Assembly (NCBI GenBank): GCA_963706595.1
Contig: OY970166.1
Coordinates: 5,344,001 to 5,408,000 of the forward strand
Length of the DNA stretch: 64,000 nucleotides
Reading direction: 5' to 3'
From: an uncultured cyanobacterium
GTDB lineage: Bacteria; Cyanobacteriota; Cyanobacteriia; Cyanobacteriales; Nostocaceae
This document shows positions 20,966 to 32,106 of the stretch, piece after piece; position 1 is the stretch's first letter, and each line of letters opens with the position of its first letter. A model generated the notes under the pieces. That model saw only the letters and a program-made list of their open reading frames with translations, ran no database searches and had not been told where the DNA came from. The translations under genes and the position numbers were made by a program.

Positions 20966-21778
20966 ATGACTATTAAATTTGGCTTAATTGGTGGCGGAGT
21001 TATGGGAGAAGCGCTGTTATCCCGTCTGATGGCGCGGGAAATCTATCAACCATCGGAAGTGATAGTCAGCGAACCCCTAGCGACACGCCAAAGTTATTTG
21101 CAGCAAAAATATAATGTAACTGTAACGACAGATAATGGTGTGGTTTTCACAGAAGCCACAGAAGTGGTATTTTTAGCAATAAAACCACAGGTATTCAGTG
21201 CGATCGCTCAAGAATTAGCAGATATTCTGACTATCCAAATCTCGCCCTTGGTAATTTCTATTTTAGCGGGAGTGTCCTTAAGCCAACTAGAATCAGCATT
21301 TCCCCAGTTACCAGTCATTCGAGCCATGCCCAACACCCCAGCCACCGTGGGGGCAGGAATTACCGCTATGTGTTTAGGTGCATACACTAGCCCCAAGCAC
21401 CACAGAATAGCACATCAAGTTTTTTCGGCGGTGGGAGAAGTTGTAGAAGTTCCAGAAATGCTCATGGATGCAGTCACAGGACTATCTGGTAGTGGTCCGG
21501 CTTACGTAGCCTTAATGGTAGAATCATTGGCTGATGGGGGAGTAGCCGCAGGATTACCCAGAAGCATCGCCAATCAGCTCGCTTTACAAACTGTATTAGG
21601 CACGGCGACACTGTTGCAAGAAAACAAAATTCATCCCGCAGAACTTAAAGACAGTGTTACCAGTCCCGGTGGTACAACCATTGCTGGAATTGCCCAACTA
21701 GAAAAAGCCGGATTTCGCTCTGCTTTAATTGAAGCAGTCAAAGCGGCGGCACTGCGATCGCAAGAATTGGGGAAATGA
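20966..21778 (+). CDS. proC: Pyrroline-5-carboxylate reductase
   Basis: GGGVMG, RAMPNTPA, GSGPAY, VTSPGGTT. Confidence 0.96.
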   Translation: MTIKFGLIGGGVMGEALLSRLMAREIYQPSEVIVSEPLATRQSYLQQKYNVTVTTDNGVVFTEATEVVFLAIKPQVFSAIAQELADILTIQISPLVISILAGVSLSQLESAFPQLPVIRAMPNTPATVGAGITAMCLGAYTSPKHHRIAHQVFSAVGEVVEVPEMLMDAVTGLSGSGPAYVALMVESLADGGVAAGLPRSIANQLALQTVLGTATLLQENKIHPAELKDSVTSPGGTTIAGIAQLEKAGFRSALIEAVKAAALRSQELGK

Positions 21779-22020
21779 GGGAGTGGGGAGTAGGGAGTGG
21801 GGAGTGGGGAGTGGGGGGGAGAAGAAAGAGGCAGGGGAGCAGGGAGCAGGGAGCAGGGGGGAAAATTGTAACTTCCCAATGTGACTAATGACCAAAGAAT
21901 TTTGGATTTTGGATTTGCGTTAGCGAAGCATACGCAGCGCGGCGAGTATTTTAGATTGCAGTCTAATCCAAAATCTAAAATCTAAAATCTAAAATTGATT
22001 GACCAATGACTAATGACTAA
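21779..22020. repeat. STRR heptamer repeat mosaic (GGGGAGT, GGGAGCA, AAAATCT, TGACTAA)
   Basis: Tandem 7-mers read directly from the sequence. Confidence 0.85.
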
Positions 22021-22077
22021 CGAAGTTGACAAAATAGCCGTTAAGATAGTAAAAAGTCCGGTTGCAAATTTGATTGA

Positions 22078-24753
22078 GTGAATTATCCCGCACCATCTCC
22101 AGAACTTGACTTAGGGTTAATATTTCCCTTTGAATTGGATCAATTCCAACAAGATGCGATCGCGTCCCTAAATTCTGGACGTTCCGTAGTCGTTTGTGCG
22201 CCCACAGGTTCGGGCAAAACCTTAGTTGGGGAATACGCCATCTATCGAGCCTTATCACGAGGAAAACGTGTATTTTACACCACACCCCTCAAGGCGTTGT
22301 CAAATCAAAAATTACGTGATTTTCGTGAACAATTTGGGTATGACCAAGTTGGACTGTTAACTGGAGATATTTCTATTAACAGGGACGCACCGATTCTGGT
22401 GATGACAACAGAAATCTTCCGGAATATGCTCTATGGTACACCCATCGGGCAAATTGGTATTTCCTTAGTAGACGTGGAAGCGGTGGTGCTAGATGAGTGC
22501 CACTACATGAACGATCGCCAACGCGGTACAGTTTGGGAAGAATCCATTATTTACTGTCCGCGTGAAATTCAATTAGCAGCCCTTTCCGCAACAGTTGCCA
22601 ACAGCGACCAACTCACCGACTGGCTGAATCGCGTTCACGGTCCCACAGACCTGATTTATTCCGATTTTCGTCCCGTTCCCTTAGAATTTTACTATTGCAA
22701 TCCCAAGGGGCTGTTTCCCCTGCTGAATGAGACCAAAACCAAAATTAATCCCCGTTTAGCAAACAGAGGCAAAAGGAAGCAAGGGGACAGGGGTAGAAAT
22801 GGTAGACCAGAAGCCCCTGGCATAGCTTACACCCTCAGCCAGCTACAGCAACGGGATATGCTCCCAGCGATTTACTTTATTTTCAGTCGCCGAGGATGTG
22901 ATAAAGCAGTTGCAGAAGTTGGTGATTTATGGTTGGTAAATAATGATGAGTCGCAAATATTACGCGAGCAAATTGATAATTTTTTAGCACGTAATCCTGA
23001 AGCTGGGCGTTCTGGGCAAATTGCCCCCCTTTATAGAGGTATTGCTGCTCACCATGCCGGAATTTTACCTGCGTGGAAAGGACTAGTAGAAGAACTATTT
23101 CAGCAAGGGCTAATTAAAGTCGTCTTTGCCACTGAGACACTAGCGGCGGGAATCAATATGCCTGCCCGGACAACAGTTATTTCCACCCTTTCCAAACGGA
23201 CTGATTCTGGACATCGCCTATTAAACGCTTCGGAATTCCTCCAAATGGCTGGGCGGGCTGGTCGGCGAGGGATGGATTTACAAGGTCATGTGGTGACAGT
23301 CCAAACTCCCTTTGAAGGCTCGAAGGAAGGAGCATATTTAGCGACATCTAAACCAGACCCATTGGTGAGTCAGTTTACACCCAGCTATGGTATGGTACTG
23401 AACCTGCTGCAAATCCATACTTTAGAGCAAGCGAAGGAACTCATAGAACGCAGCTTTGGGCAGTACATGGCAACTCTGCATTTAAGACCAGAGTATGATG
23501 AAATTGCCCAACTGCAAACCCAATTAGCTCAACTTCACGAACAAATTGCCACAGTTAATGAACATGAACTAGCAGTTTATGAGAAATTACGGCAACGCCT
23601 GAAAGTAGAACGCCAGTTATTATCAACCCTGCAAGAACAAGCCCAGGAAAATCGGCAAGAAGAATTTGTGATGATGTTGAGCTTTGCAGTGTCAGGAACG
23701 CTGTTAAGTCTCAAAGGTAAAAACATCGCCGTATCTATACCCATAACAGCAGTATTAATGGGAAAAATACCTGCTAATGGGGAAGCTCCTCATTTGATCT
23801 GCTTGGGGCAAGATAATCGCTGGTACGTGGTGACAACTAAAGATGTCGTCAATTTGTATGCGGAATTGCCACGATTGGATGTGCCAGCGCATATCGTACC
23901 ACCTCCTGAGTTGCTGTTAAAGCCGGGTCAATCGCTGCGTGGGAGTGAAGAAACATTTGCGATCGCGCAACGCATTCCAGAAGGCGGAGAAGGGTCATTG
24001 TATATGCCCCCAGAAGTGGCCGAACAACTCAGTCGCGTTACCGCCGTCCAAGAGCAATTAGAAGCAAATCCCATCCATCAATCAGGCAATGTTAGCAAGA
24101 TATTCAAACGCCGGGCGCGTTATGTAGAATTAGAAGCCGAACTGGAACAATTACAATCACAAGTTGAGGAACACTCACAACGCCATTGGGAAGAATTTGT
24201 CAATTTAATTTCCATCTTGCAACACTTTGATGCTTTAGATAACTTAGTCCCCACCAAATTAGGGCGAATTGCTGCCGCTATTCGGGGAGAAAATGAATTA
24301 TGGCTAGGTTTAGTCTTTGAAAGTGGTGAATTGGAACATTTAGATCCGCATCATTTAGCAGCAGCAGCAGCAGCCTTAGTCGTGGAAACCCCTCGTCCAG
24401 ATAGTAGGGTACACTTTGAACTCAGTAACGAAGTAGTAGAAGCCTTGGCAAAACTGCGGAACATTCGCCGCAAAATCTTTCAACTGCAACGGCGGTATAA
24501 TGTCGCTTTGCCTATTTGGTTGGAATTTGAGTTAATTGCCATAGTGGAACAGTGGGCGCTGGGAACACCGTGGACAGAACTCTGCGAAAATACCACCTTG
24601 GATGAAGGCGATGTGGTGAGAATTTTACGCCGGACTTTGGATTTATTATCTCAGATTCCCCACGTTCCGCACTTGTCGAAAGATTTCCAGCGTAATGCTT
24701 ATCGGGCGATGCAATTAATTGATAGGTTCCCAGTCAATGAGGTAGCTGATTGA
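22078..24753 (+). CDS. Ski2/HelY-like DEAD/DEAH-box RNA helicase
   Basis: APTGSGKT, DECH, LSAT, QMAGRAGRRG, C-terminal DSHCT-type EGDVVR. Confidence 0.93.
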   Translation: MNYPAPSPELDLGLIFPFELDQFQQDAIASLNSGRSVVVCAPTGSGKTLVGEYAIYRALSRGKRVFYTTPLKALSNQKLRDFREQFGYDQVGLLTGDISINRDAPILVMTTEIFRNMLYGTPIGQIGISLVDVEAVVLDECHYMNDRQRGTVWEESIIYCPREIQLAALSATVANSDQLTDWLNRVHGPTDLIYSDFRPVPLEFYYCNPKGLFPLLNETKTKINPRLANRGKRKQGDRGRNGRPEAPGIAYTLSQLQQRDMLPAIYFIFSRRGCDKAVAEVGDLWLVNNDESQILREQIDNFLARNPEAGRSGQIAPLYRGIAAHHAGILPAWKGLVEELFQQGLIKVVFATETLAAGINMPARTTVISTLSKRTDSGHRLLNASEFLQMAGRAGRRGMDLQGHVVTVQTPFEGSKEGAYLATSKPDPLVSQFTPSYGMVLNLLQIHTLEQAKELIERSFGQYMATLHLRPEYDEIAQLQTQLAQLHEQIATVNEHELAVYEKLRQRLKVERQLLSTLQEQAQENRQEEFVMMLSFAVSGTLLSLKGKNIAVSIPITAVLMGKIPANGEAPHLICLGQDNRWYVVTTKDVVNLYAELPRLDVPAHIVPPPELLLKPGQSLRGSEETFAIAQRIPEGGEGSLYMPPEVAEQLSRVTAVQEQLEANPIHQSGNVSKIFKRRARYVELEAELEQLQSQVEEHSQRHWEEFVNLISILQHFDALDNLVPTKLGRIAAAIRGENELWLGLVFESGELEHLDPHHLAAAAAALVVETPRPDSRVHFELSNEVVEALAKLRNIRRKIFQLQRRYNVALPIWLEFELIAIVEQWALGTPWTELCENTTLDEGDVVRILRRTLDLLSQIPHVPHLSKDFQRNAYRAMQLIDRFPVNEVAD

Positions 24754-25005
24754 TAAGTAGCTCAAACTTAGAAAAAGTAATACCCAGATCCCCGACTTCT
24801 TAGAGAAGTCGGGGATCTATAGGAATCCGATTTGATTTATGAAACAATCTAAGTACAGGTAGGGTGTGTTAGGCGTAAGCCGTAACGCACCTTCCCCAAA
24901 GCTTTCGGTGCGTTACGCTGTCGCTAACACACCCTACTGTATTATTATTTATCTGTTCAAAAATCAAATATGAATCCTATATATCGTCAAGGTTGTATGT
25001 TTAAT
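24754..25005. mobile_element. Interrupted TAAGTAG-type MITE (AGATCCCCGACTTC hairpin) hosting a nested MITE
   Basis: Matches the uninterrupted copy at 59314-59419 on both sides of the insertion; right end truncated. Confidence 0.7.
24820..24979. mobile_element. 160-bp MITE with TA target-site duplication and REP-doublet cargo
   Basis: TA at 24818-24819 and 24980-24981; empty site ggatcTAtatcgtc at about 59373-59386. Confidence 0.8.
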
Positions 25006-25013
25006 ACAGAAGT

Positions 25014-25439
25014 ATGAACTTTGAAGACATTTGGCAACAATATGACTTTATCGAAGCAGAATTGCTGTCAATGGGATGGGAATTTCCTTATAACTATGTT
25101 CTCAATCTCAACTACTATTGGGAACTCAATCCCACTAACACAAATTTGGCAGTTGCTACCACTGAACAACCCCTAAAACTCATCCTGAAATCTTGCATTA
25201 GGCTCGATATACAATTTAATTCAAATCCTCACAATTTAGAGGAAGTCCCGGCTAATCTTGGCACAATTATCGACTGGGGTCAAGTCAGTCCCTCCCCTTG
25301 GATAGAAAACCTATCTCTTCCCCCTGATGAATGGCTGCATCTATTTTTTGATATTGGTGGAAATAACAAAATTCAAGCAGTTTGTCAATCTCTTGTCATT
25401 GAGAAAGTAGCGCAAGAATCCTTAGCATTGACTTCCTAA
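25014..25439 (+). CDS. Hypothetical protein
   Basis: 141-aa ORF with normal composition; no family recognised with confidence. Confidence 0.6.
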   Translation: MNFEDIWQQYDFIEAELLSMGWEFPYNYVLNLNYYWELNPTNTNLAVATTEQPLKLILKSCIRLDIQFNSNPHNLEEVPANLGTIIDWGQVSPSPWIENLSLPPDEWLHLFFDIGGNNKIQAVCQSLVIEKVAQESLALTS

Positions 25440-25587
25440 TTAATGGCTAAAATCAGGAATCAAATATCATCTATAAAGTTGTGAAATCATGACGTGAGGA
25501 TTTTTTGGAGGACTAAAGTCCTCTCTCCGAGACGCTACGCGGTAAGCGTAGCTATGCCCGCAGGGCTTTACACTACTAACCTGAAAT

Positions 25588-26979
25588 TTATATTAAATTT
25601 TCCAACTCGTGCTGTAAATCATTCGTCAAATCAGCAACAGCTTTTTTTGCAGCTAAACGATTTTCTTTATACGCTGAATAACGCTCTGATACTGATATCG
25701 GCTCACCAATGGTAATTTTTACTCGTTGCTTACCTAATTGCGGCATCTGGCTAACTTTATTACCTTTAATGCGAGCGATCATTTTCCATAAAATTAAAGT
25801 TGTTTCGGCAAATCTTTCTACTGTGGGTTTTTCTCGAATATAATTACCAGAAACTGCGACAAAGCTTTCGACTAATCTCATGTGCCACATTCGGGAATTG
25901 GCTTCGTCCGCAACGCGATCGCCTAATGCTTTCTCTACAGGCGATAATGCTTTGATATCCTTAAACTCTTCTCTAAATATATAATTCCAACCAGCTTGTT
26001 CTACTCGCCGACAGCGATCGCTTAACTGTCCTTTAGATAGTAAGTTAAAATATTCCTCAGATATGCGTAAAGCTGTATCTAATAAGGCTTGCAACCGGAT
26101 GACTAAAGCGGCATTGCGATCGCTTGTTTCTGCGGCTATAGTTTTAGCATCAGGCAAAGTTTGATGATAAAATCGCGTGTAAAACTGTTCCATCAACGAA
26201 AGCAAGTGTTCTGCTAAGGTCAACAACCTGGGATAAAGTGACTCCAGACAACTCACCTCATTTTGCTGTCCCGAATGTACCACCAAGCCACTAGACGCTT
26301 CTAATTCGCTTAATAAATTGGCGATCGCACTCCAAGGAGCAGCCACATAATCATATTTAATCCCAACTGGTACAATTAAAACTTGTTCCGAACGTTCCTG
26401 CTTGTGCAAATCTTCCGCACACCAAAAGCCTAATTGAGCGATACCCGGTTCCAAAGGGCTGATAAATTCTGACAAACCATTAGTAGCACCTTCTGGCGCA
26501 GCAGCCATCGGAAATTGACCGTTAGCAAACAAATCACGCGCCGAACGTAACCCCGTCCAGTCAGCCTTACCCCGTTGAATGGAAGTCCCACCCAAACGCG
26601 AAGCAATCCAACCGACATAAGAACCAGCCCAGAGAGGAATGCCGCGATCGTAGATAAAATGAGCATGAATCGGCAAGTGTAGCGCTGTGTTCTGCTTTCG
26701 TGCTACTTTTGGCACGAGTTGAGAAAACAAATAGGTCAAACAAAAGGGATCATCTGTTTTAGGATGGCGAAACGCCAACAAAAAGCGGACTTTACCCTCT
26801 TGAAACTGGCGATAAAGATCCACCAACACCTCTACATTATCTGCTTCAATTTGGGTAATAGCTGTTTGCCAATTAATCCAACTCGGTAGCAACAGATGAA
26901 AGCCTTTCAGAACCAAGGGATTGAAGGCTGGAGGAATAAATTCTAGGGGTGCTTGTGCTTGATAAATTGTATCTGACAA
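25588..26979 (-). CDS. Glycerolipid acyltransferase (PlsC-like) family protein
   Basis: FRHPKTDDP (HxxxxD) and APEG motifs; likely TTG start at 26979, because the longer ORF runs into a repeat. Confidence 0.8.
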   Translation of the reverse strand: MSDTIYQAQAPLEFIPPAFNPLVLKGFHLLLPSWINWQTAITQIEADNVEVLVDLYRQFQEGKVRFLLAFRHPKTDDPFCLTYLFSQLVPKVARKQNTALHLPIHAHFIYDRGIPLWAGSYVGWIASRLGGTSIQRGKADWTGLRSARDLFANGQFPMAAAPEGATNGLSEFISPLEPGIAQLGFWCAEDLHKQERSEQVLIVPVGIKYDYVAAPWSAIANLLSELEASSGLVVHSGQQNEVSCLESLYPRLLTLAEHLLSLMEQFYTRFYHQTLPDAKTIAAETSDRNAALVIRLQALLDTALRISEEYFNLLSKGQLSDRCRRVEQAGWNYIFREEFKDIKALSPVEKALGDRVADEANSRMWHMRLVESFVAVSGNYIREKPTVERFAETTLILWKMIARIKGNKVSQMPQLGKQRVKITIGEPISVSERYSAYKENRLAAKKAVADLTNDLQHELENLI

Positions 26980-27019
26980 GGTAATTTGCTCCTGAATTGA
27001 TGGAAAATTATAGTTCCTA

Positions 27020-27150
27020 TTTTGCACCAGGCGACTGGAAGTCACGGCTACACAGGCAAAACCCGCCTACGCGGGTTAAAAACCCTGATTTTGTCTTAGT
27101 CCGCGCAGGCGGACTTAGTTTGTATAGCCGCGATTTCTAATCGCCAGGAC
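27020..27150. repeat. Dispersed inverted repeat element (ccaggcgact...ggctacacag / ttagtccgcg...ggact...gtatagccgcga...cgccagg)
   Basis: Right half recurs at about 57690-57765. Confidence 0.65.
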
Positions 27151-27195
27151 TTAACCAATTTTAAAGATTAATAATTCTGAAAAGGGAAAATAAGG

Positions 27196-29004
27196 ATGCG
27201 ACTGTCAAAAATGTTATTCGTCACACTCAGGGATGATCCGGCTGATGCTGAGATTCCCAGCCATAAATTATTACTCCGGGCGGGTTACATTCGTCGCATC
27301 GGTAGCGGGATTTATGCTTATCTACCTTTGATGTGGCGGGTATTACAGAAAGTTTCCCAAATTGTGCGCGAAGAAATGAACGCCACAAACGCACAAGAAT
27401 GTCTTCTACCCCAATTACAACCGGCTGATTTGTGGAAAGAGTCAGGACGCTGGGACACCTACACCAAAGCCGAGGGAATTATGTTTTCCCTCATCGACCG
27501 TCGTGAGCAACAATTAGGATTAGGACCGACTCATGAGGAAGTAATCACCACCGTTGCTCGTGATATGATTCGCTCATATCGGCAACTACCGTTACATTTA
27601 TATCAAATTCAAACCAAATTCCGCGATGAAATTCGCCCCCGTTTTGGCTTGATGCGGGGAAGAGAATTTATTATGAAAGACGGCTATTCTTTCCATGTGG
27701 ATGAAGTCAGCCTCAAGGAAACTTACCAAGATATGTATCAAGCCTACAGCAATATGTTACGCCGTTCTGGTTTAGCATTCCGGGCTGTAGAAGCTGATTC
27801 TGGCGCGATTGGCGGTTCTGGTTCTACAGAATTTATGGTATTAGCAGATGCGGGAGAAGATGAAGTTCTCTACACTGAAGATGGTAAATATGCGGCTAAC
27901 GTAGAAAAAGCCGTTTCTTTAGCAAGTGATGCGGAAACTTCACCGTTTACAAGTTATGAAAAACGGGAAACACCAGGAACAGAAACCATAGAAAAAGTTT
28001 GTAATTTTCTTAAATGTTCTCCTACGCAAATTGTTAAAAATGTTCTTTACCAAACAGTTTATGATAATGGCATGACGGTTTTGGTATTGGTGAATATTCG
28101 AGGTGATCAGGAAGTTAATCAAGTCAAGTTGCAGAATGAATTGACCAAATTAGCTGCTAATTACGGTGCTAAAGCTATTCTTTCCTTAGATGTACCCAAT
28201 GCGGAAATGCAGGAAACATGGGCGGCTAAATCTTTACCTTTAGGTTATATTGCGCCTGATATTGAAGATGAGTATATTTCTGCTAATAAACAGTGTCATC
28301 CCCAGTTTTTGCGGTTAGTCGATAAAACAGCCGTTGAGTTAAAAAACTTTGTCACAGGTGCGAATGAAACTGGCTATCACGTAGTTGGTGCTAATTGGGG
28401 AGAACAATTTAAACTACCTGAAACAATAGTAGATATACGCAAATCGAGACCAGGCGATCGCGCCGTTCATAATCCTGAACAAACCTTGCAAACAGCCAGA
28501 GGAATTGAAGTCGGTCACATTTTCCAATTGGGGACAAAATACTCCCAAGCCATGAGTGCAACGTATACAAACGAACAAGGCGAAGAAAATCCTCTATTCA
28601 TGGGTTGCTATGGGGTGGGTGTATCCAGGTTGGCACAATCGGCTGTAGAGCAATCTTATGATAAAGATGGGATTATTTGGCCAGTTGCGATCGCACCTTA
28701 TCATGCAATTGTGACAATTCCTAACATCAAAGATGCCAAACAACTCGAAGTTGCCGAAAAACTTTACACTGAACTTAACAAAGCAGGTGTAGAAACATTA
28801 CTCGATGACCGAGACGAACGGGCTGGAGTAAAATTCAAAGATGCCGATTTAATTGGTATACCTTACAGAATAGTTACAGGTCGAGCTATTAACAATGGCA
28901 AAGTTGAAATAGTAAAACGCGCCACCCGTGAAACTCAAGAAATAGCCATTGAGGAAGTAGTCAACACACTCCAACAGTGGATTAAAGCAGCACTAGAAGC
29001 ATAA
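27196..29004 (+). CDS. proS: Proline--tRNA ligase
   Basis: [33 protein letters not shown], anticodon-binding domain. Confidence 0.97.
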   Translation: MRLSKMLFVTLRDDPADAEIPSHKLLLRAGYIRRIGSGIYAYLPLMWRVLQKVSQIVREEMNATNAQECLLPQLQPADLWKESGRWDTYTKAEGIMFSLIDRREQQLGLGPTHEEVITTVARDMIRSYRQLPLHLYQIQTKFRDEIRPRFGLMRGREFIMKDGYSFHVDEVSLKETYQDMYQAYSNMLRRSGLAFRAVEADSGAIGGSGSTEFMVLADAGEDEVLYTEDGKYAANVEKAVSLASDAETSPFTSYEKRETPGTETIEKVCNFLKCSPTQIVKNVLYQTVYDNGMTVLVLVNIRGDQEVNQVKLQNELTKLAANYGAKAILSLDVPNAEMQETWAAKSLPLGYIAPDIEDEYISANKQCHPQFLRLVDKTAVELKNFVTGANETGYHVVGANWGEQFKLPETIVDIRKSRPGDRAVHNPEQTLQTARGIEVGHIFQLGTKYSQAMSATYTNEQGEENPLFMGCYGVGVSRLAQSAVEQSYDKDGIIWPVAIAPYHAIVTIPNIKDAKQLEVAEKLYTELNKAGVETLLDDRDERAGVKFKDADLIGIPYRIVTGRAINNGKVEIVKRATRETQEIAIEEVVNTLQQWIKAALEA

Positions 29005-29075
29005 CATATATCTCTTGTGGGGCAGGCATACTTCGACAAGCTCAGTACAAGTCTTGCCTGCCATTGATAGAAAAA

Positions 29076-29489
29076 ATGGCTAAAGACAAATTTCACGATG
29101 CTGTCAAAAACGCCTTAATTAAAGAAGGTTGGACGATAACAAATGATCCATTATTTATTTCATTTGGAGGAGTAGATTTATATGTAGACCTGGGGGCAGA
29201 AAAAATGCTTGCAGCCCAAAAGGATAATCAAAAAATAGCAGTTGAGATAAAAAGCTTTCTTAGTGATTCTACAATTTCTGAATTTCACCAAGCCCTGGGA
29301 AAATTGCTAAATTATCGTTTAATTTTACGGCGACAGGAACCAGAGAGAGTTTTATATTTAGCGGTTCCCCTTGATATTTACGAAAGTTTTTTTAAGCTAG
29401 AATTTACACAACTGGCTATTGCAGATTATCAATTAAAAATCATTGTCTATAATATTGAGCAGGAGGCAATAAGTCAATGGATAAATTAG
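29076..29489 (+). CDS. xisH: XisH family protein
   Basis: AKDKFHDAVKNALIKEGWTITNDP, DLGAEK, AVEIKSF. Confidence 0.92.
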   Translation: MAKDKFHDAVKNALIKEGWTITNDPLFISFGGVDLYVDLGAEKMLAAQKDNQKIAVEIKSFLSDSTISEFHQALGKLLNYRLILRRQEPERVLYLAVPLDIYESFFKLEFTQLAIADYQLKIIVYNIEQEAISQWIN

Positions 29490-29812
29490 AACAATATCGT
29501 AATTACATTGAAAATATTCTCAAAGAATACAGTCAATATAAACCCTCTTATGGAGATGTAGAACTACAGTTAGTTATTGATAGAGAAAATAACCATTATC
29601 AGTTAATGACTGTAGGTTGGGATGGTGAAAAGCGCATTCATGGGATGATGTTACATATTGATATTAAAGACGGGAAAATTTGGATACAACATAATGGAAC
29701 TGAGAGGAGAATTGCTCAAGATTTATTAGATTTAGGTGTACCCAAACAAGATATTGTATTAGCCTTCCACTCACCAACGAGAAGAAAGTATACAGATTTT
29801 GCAGTCACTTAA
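29477..29812 (+). CDS. xisI: XisI family protein
   Basis: MDKLEQYR, HIDIKDGKIWIQ, GVPKQDIVLAFH. Confidence 0.92.
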   Translation: MDKLEQYRNYIENILKEYSQYKPSYGDVELQLVIDRENNHYQLMTVGWDGEKRIHGMMLHIDIKDGKIWIQHNGTERRIAQDLLDLGVPKQDIVLAFHSPTRRKYTDFAVT

Positions 29813-30035
29813 AGTTTAGGACTAAAACTACTTAGATTTAATTACTTTCCAAATTATTAAAAATGGATACAACTCATGCAAAAATCCTATTAAACCCTCT
29901 TCCCTTGGCGACCTTGGCGACTTGGCGGTTCGTATTTCCATAAACCAAAATCCAATAAATAAATTAAAATATTGGAAATTTTAGCGAAGAATCAAAAGTG
30001 ATTATTGTTTCTGATACTACACCTTATCATAAGAT

Positions 30036-30767
30036 TTAATCTTCAATTCCAGCATCCCGTAATCGTTTTTCCAACTCTTGTAAACGTTGCAAAGCAGCTT
30101 CTTTTTCTCGCCTTTCTTGTTCCACTAACTCAAACCCCCACAATAATAAATTCCCCTGTTTATCCCACCACCTCAACCAGTAACCTTCACGATTTTCTCG
30201 TTTTCCTGACCACAGACCAATAAATAATTCCATTTCCTCCAACCAATAACGGTTATTTTCATCAGAAGAACGTAATTCATATTTTCCAGACTCATGTAAA
30301 CGATGCACCTCTAAAACACCGTTGTCAGGTTCAAAAATTAGGTAATTGGGAACTTGCAAAACTTGTTCGTAAAAAAACCATTTTCCAGGAGGATAAGTCA
30401 GTTTATTAGAATATTCACTACCATCAGTATCTGAGAGAAATTCCATCACCACAACGGGAATTTCTCCCTGTTTATGAGGGGTATAGCTACGTTTTATTTG
30501 CTCTCTAGGTACGGTAATTCGTGGCACGTAAGCCCAATCAGGTGCTTTCACCACAATTTTGTCATTAACTGTGGCACAGATGCCATAATTGGTTGTAGCT
30601 AGGGCGTGTTCTGGAAGTCTTCCTGCTAATTGTAGGCTTTCAGTTAATGCAGATGCTAAGGATGGTTGATTGACATTATCCACTGGTTCATCATCTAAAA
30701 TGAAATCTTCGGGTAAAAGTTCCCAGGTAATCTTGTGGGGCGAAGCAGTGACAATCATAGCAACCAC
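30036..30767 (-). CDS. Uma2 family PD-(D/E)xK endonuclease-like protein
   Basis: APDW, VMEFLS, KWFFYEQVLQVPNY, WLRWWD, coiled-coil tail. Confidence 0.88.
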   Translation of the reverse strand: MVAMIVTASPHKITWELLPEDFILDDEPVDNVNQPSLASALTESLQLAGRLPEHALATTNYGICATVNDKIVVKAPDWAYVPRITVPREQIKRSYTPHKQGEIPVVVMEFLSDTDGSEYSNKLTYPPGKWFFYEQVLQVPNYLIFEPDNGVLEVHRLHESGKYELRSSDENNRYWLEEMELFIGLWSGKRENREGYWLRWWDKQGNLLLWGFELVEQERREKEAALQRLQELEKRLRDAGIED

Positions 30768-31426
30768 AAATGAGGGATTAATTATTAATATAATATAATA
30801 GAATATAATTTGTTAATTGCTAGCTAGGTTGGTTTGACCTCAATAAACACAACAGATAATTTGAAATTATTTAAATATGTAGAGTTGATAATTTGCACTT
30901 AGAAGTTGCTCACATTCAAGTATAAATTTATGTAAATATTTTCCGGCAAATTTCAGGAACTTGCAATTGGGAATTTGATTGATATATTAAAGGAGCAGAT
31001 GGAAAGCGGAAGCAGAAGTACACAGAAGTTTAGATACTTCACCCCTGTGGATATTTAATTTCACCAATATAGAGGATGCGGAGTCTAAAATATTTGCATA
31101 TAGTCCCTGTTAGTATCCGTATTTCCAGAAACGATTATATTTACATTAAGGTTCAGGTGACGGATGAGAACTGTCAACCTAAAATAAAGATGAAATAAAG
31201 TTACTATGGGTGCAGGATGACAAATTGCTGAAATAGCCTAACCAAGAAGATTCCTAATTTAAAATCCCAAATTGGTATGGAAACAGGCAAAATATCAAGT
31301 CAGCAAAATTTCCATAAATCAAGACATCTTTAGATTTTAAGAAACTCCCCATGCATTGATATCGTCTTTAATCAGGCTGCTCCTCTGAACCACACTATAT
31401 TAGCTTCTGTCAGGAAGGTTTTAAAC

Positions 31427-32032
31427 ATGAACGACCAACAAGGATCTAAGCGTATTTCTTCAGGTGTAATTGCAGCCGTCTCAGCAGCAGTTGTAGCGGT
31501 GGGTGGTGGTGTAGCTTGGCTGACTTCTAACCAGTCTCCTACACCAACCAACCCATCTCAAACCATCACACAGCCTACTCCGCCAGTAGTTACCCAGCCA
31601 GCACAGGAGCAAAGACCTAATATTTATTGGCTCAAACCAAGCGGACAAGGTGTTGATTTGGTTCCCCAGCCTATTCAAATAGCTGCTACACAACCCAATC
31701 AAGTTTTAGAAAGTGCTTTCCAAGCTTTATTACAAGGACCAACAGAAGGAACAGATTCCACAACCATCCCCCAAGGAACTAAGTTGCTGGGGCTGAAGAT
31801 GGAAAAAGATGAGGTTCACGTTAATTTATCTGAAGATTTTACCACTGGTGGCGGTACTACTTCCATGATGGGACGCGTTGGACAAGTGGTTTATACTGCG
31901 ACAACACTAGATCCAAAGGCTAAAGTATACATTGAGGTAGACGGCGAACAGTTGGATGTTTTAGGTGGCGAGGGTGTGGAATTGCAACAGCCATTGACTC
32001 GTGAAAGCTTTGAGCAAAACTATCCCCTTTAG
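31427..32032 (+). CDS. GerMN domain protein
   Basis: N-terminal TM, LLQGP, TTIPQGTKLL, VNLSEDF, QVVYTAT. Confidence 0.88.
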   Translation: MNDQQGSKRISSGVIAAVSAAVVAVGGGVAWLTSNQSPTPTNPSQTITQPTPPVVTQPAQEQRPNIYWLKPSGQGVDLVPQPIQIAATQPNQVLESAFQALLQGPTEGTDSTTIPQGTKLLGLKMEKDEVHVNLSEDFTTGGGTTSMMGRVGQVVYTATTLDPKAKVYIEVDGEQLDVLGGEGVELQQPLTRESFEQNYPL

Positions 32033-32106
32033 TCGAGTTAACAGCTATCAGTTATCAGTTATCAGTTTAGACACTGCTTTCTGTTCACTGATAACTGACT
32101 ACTGAC

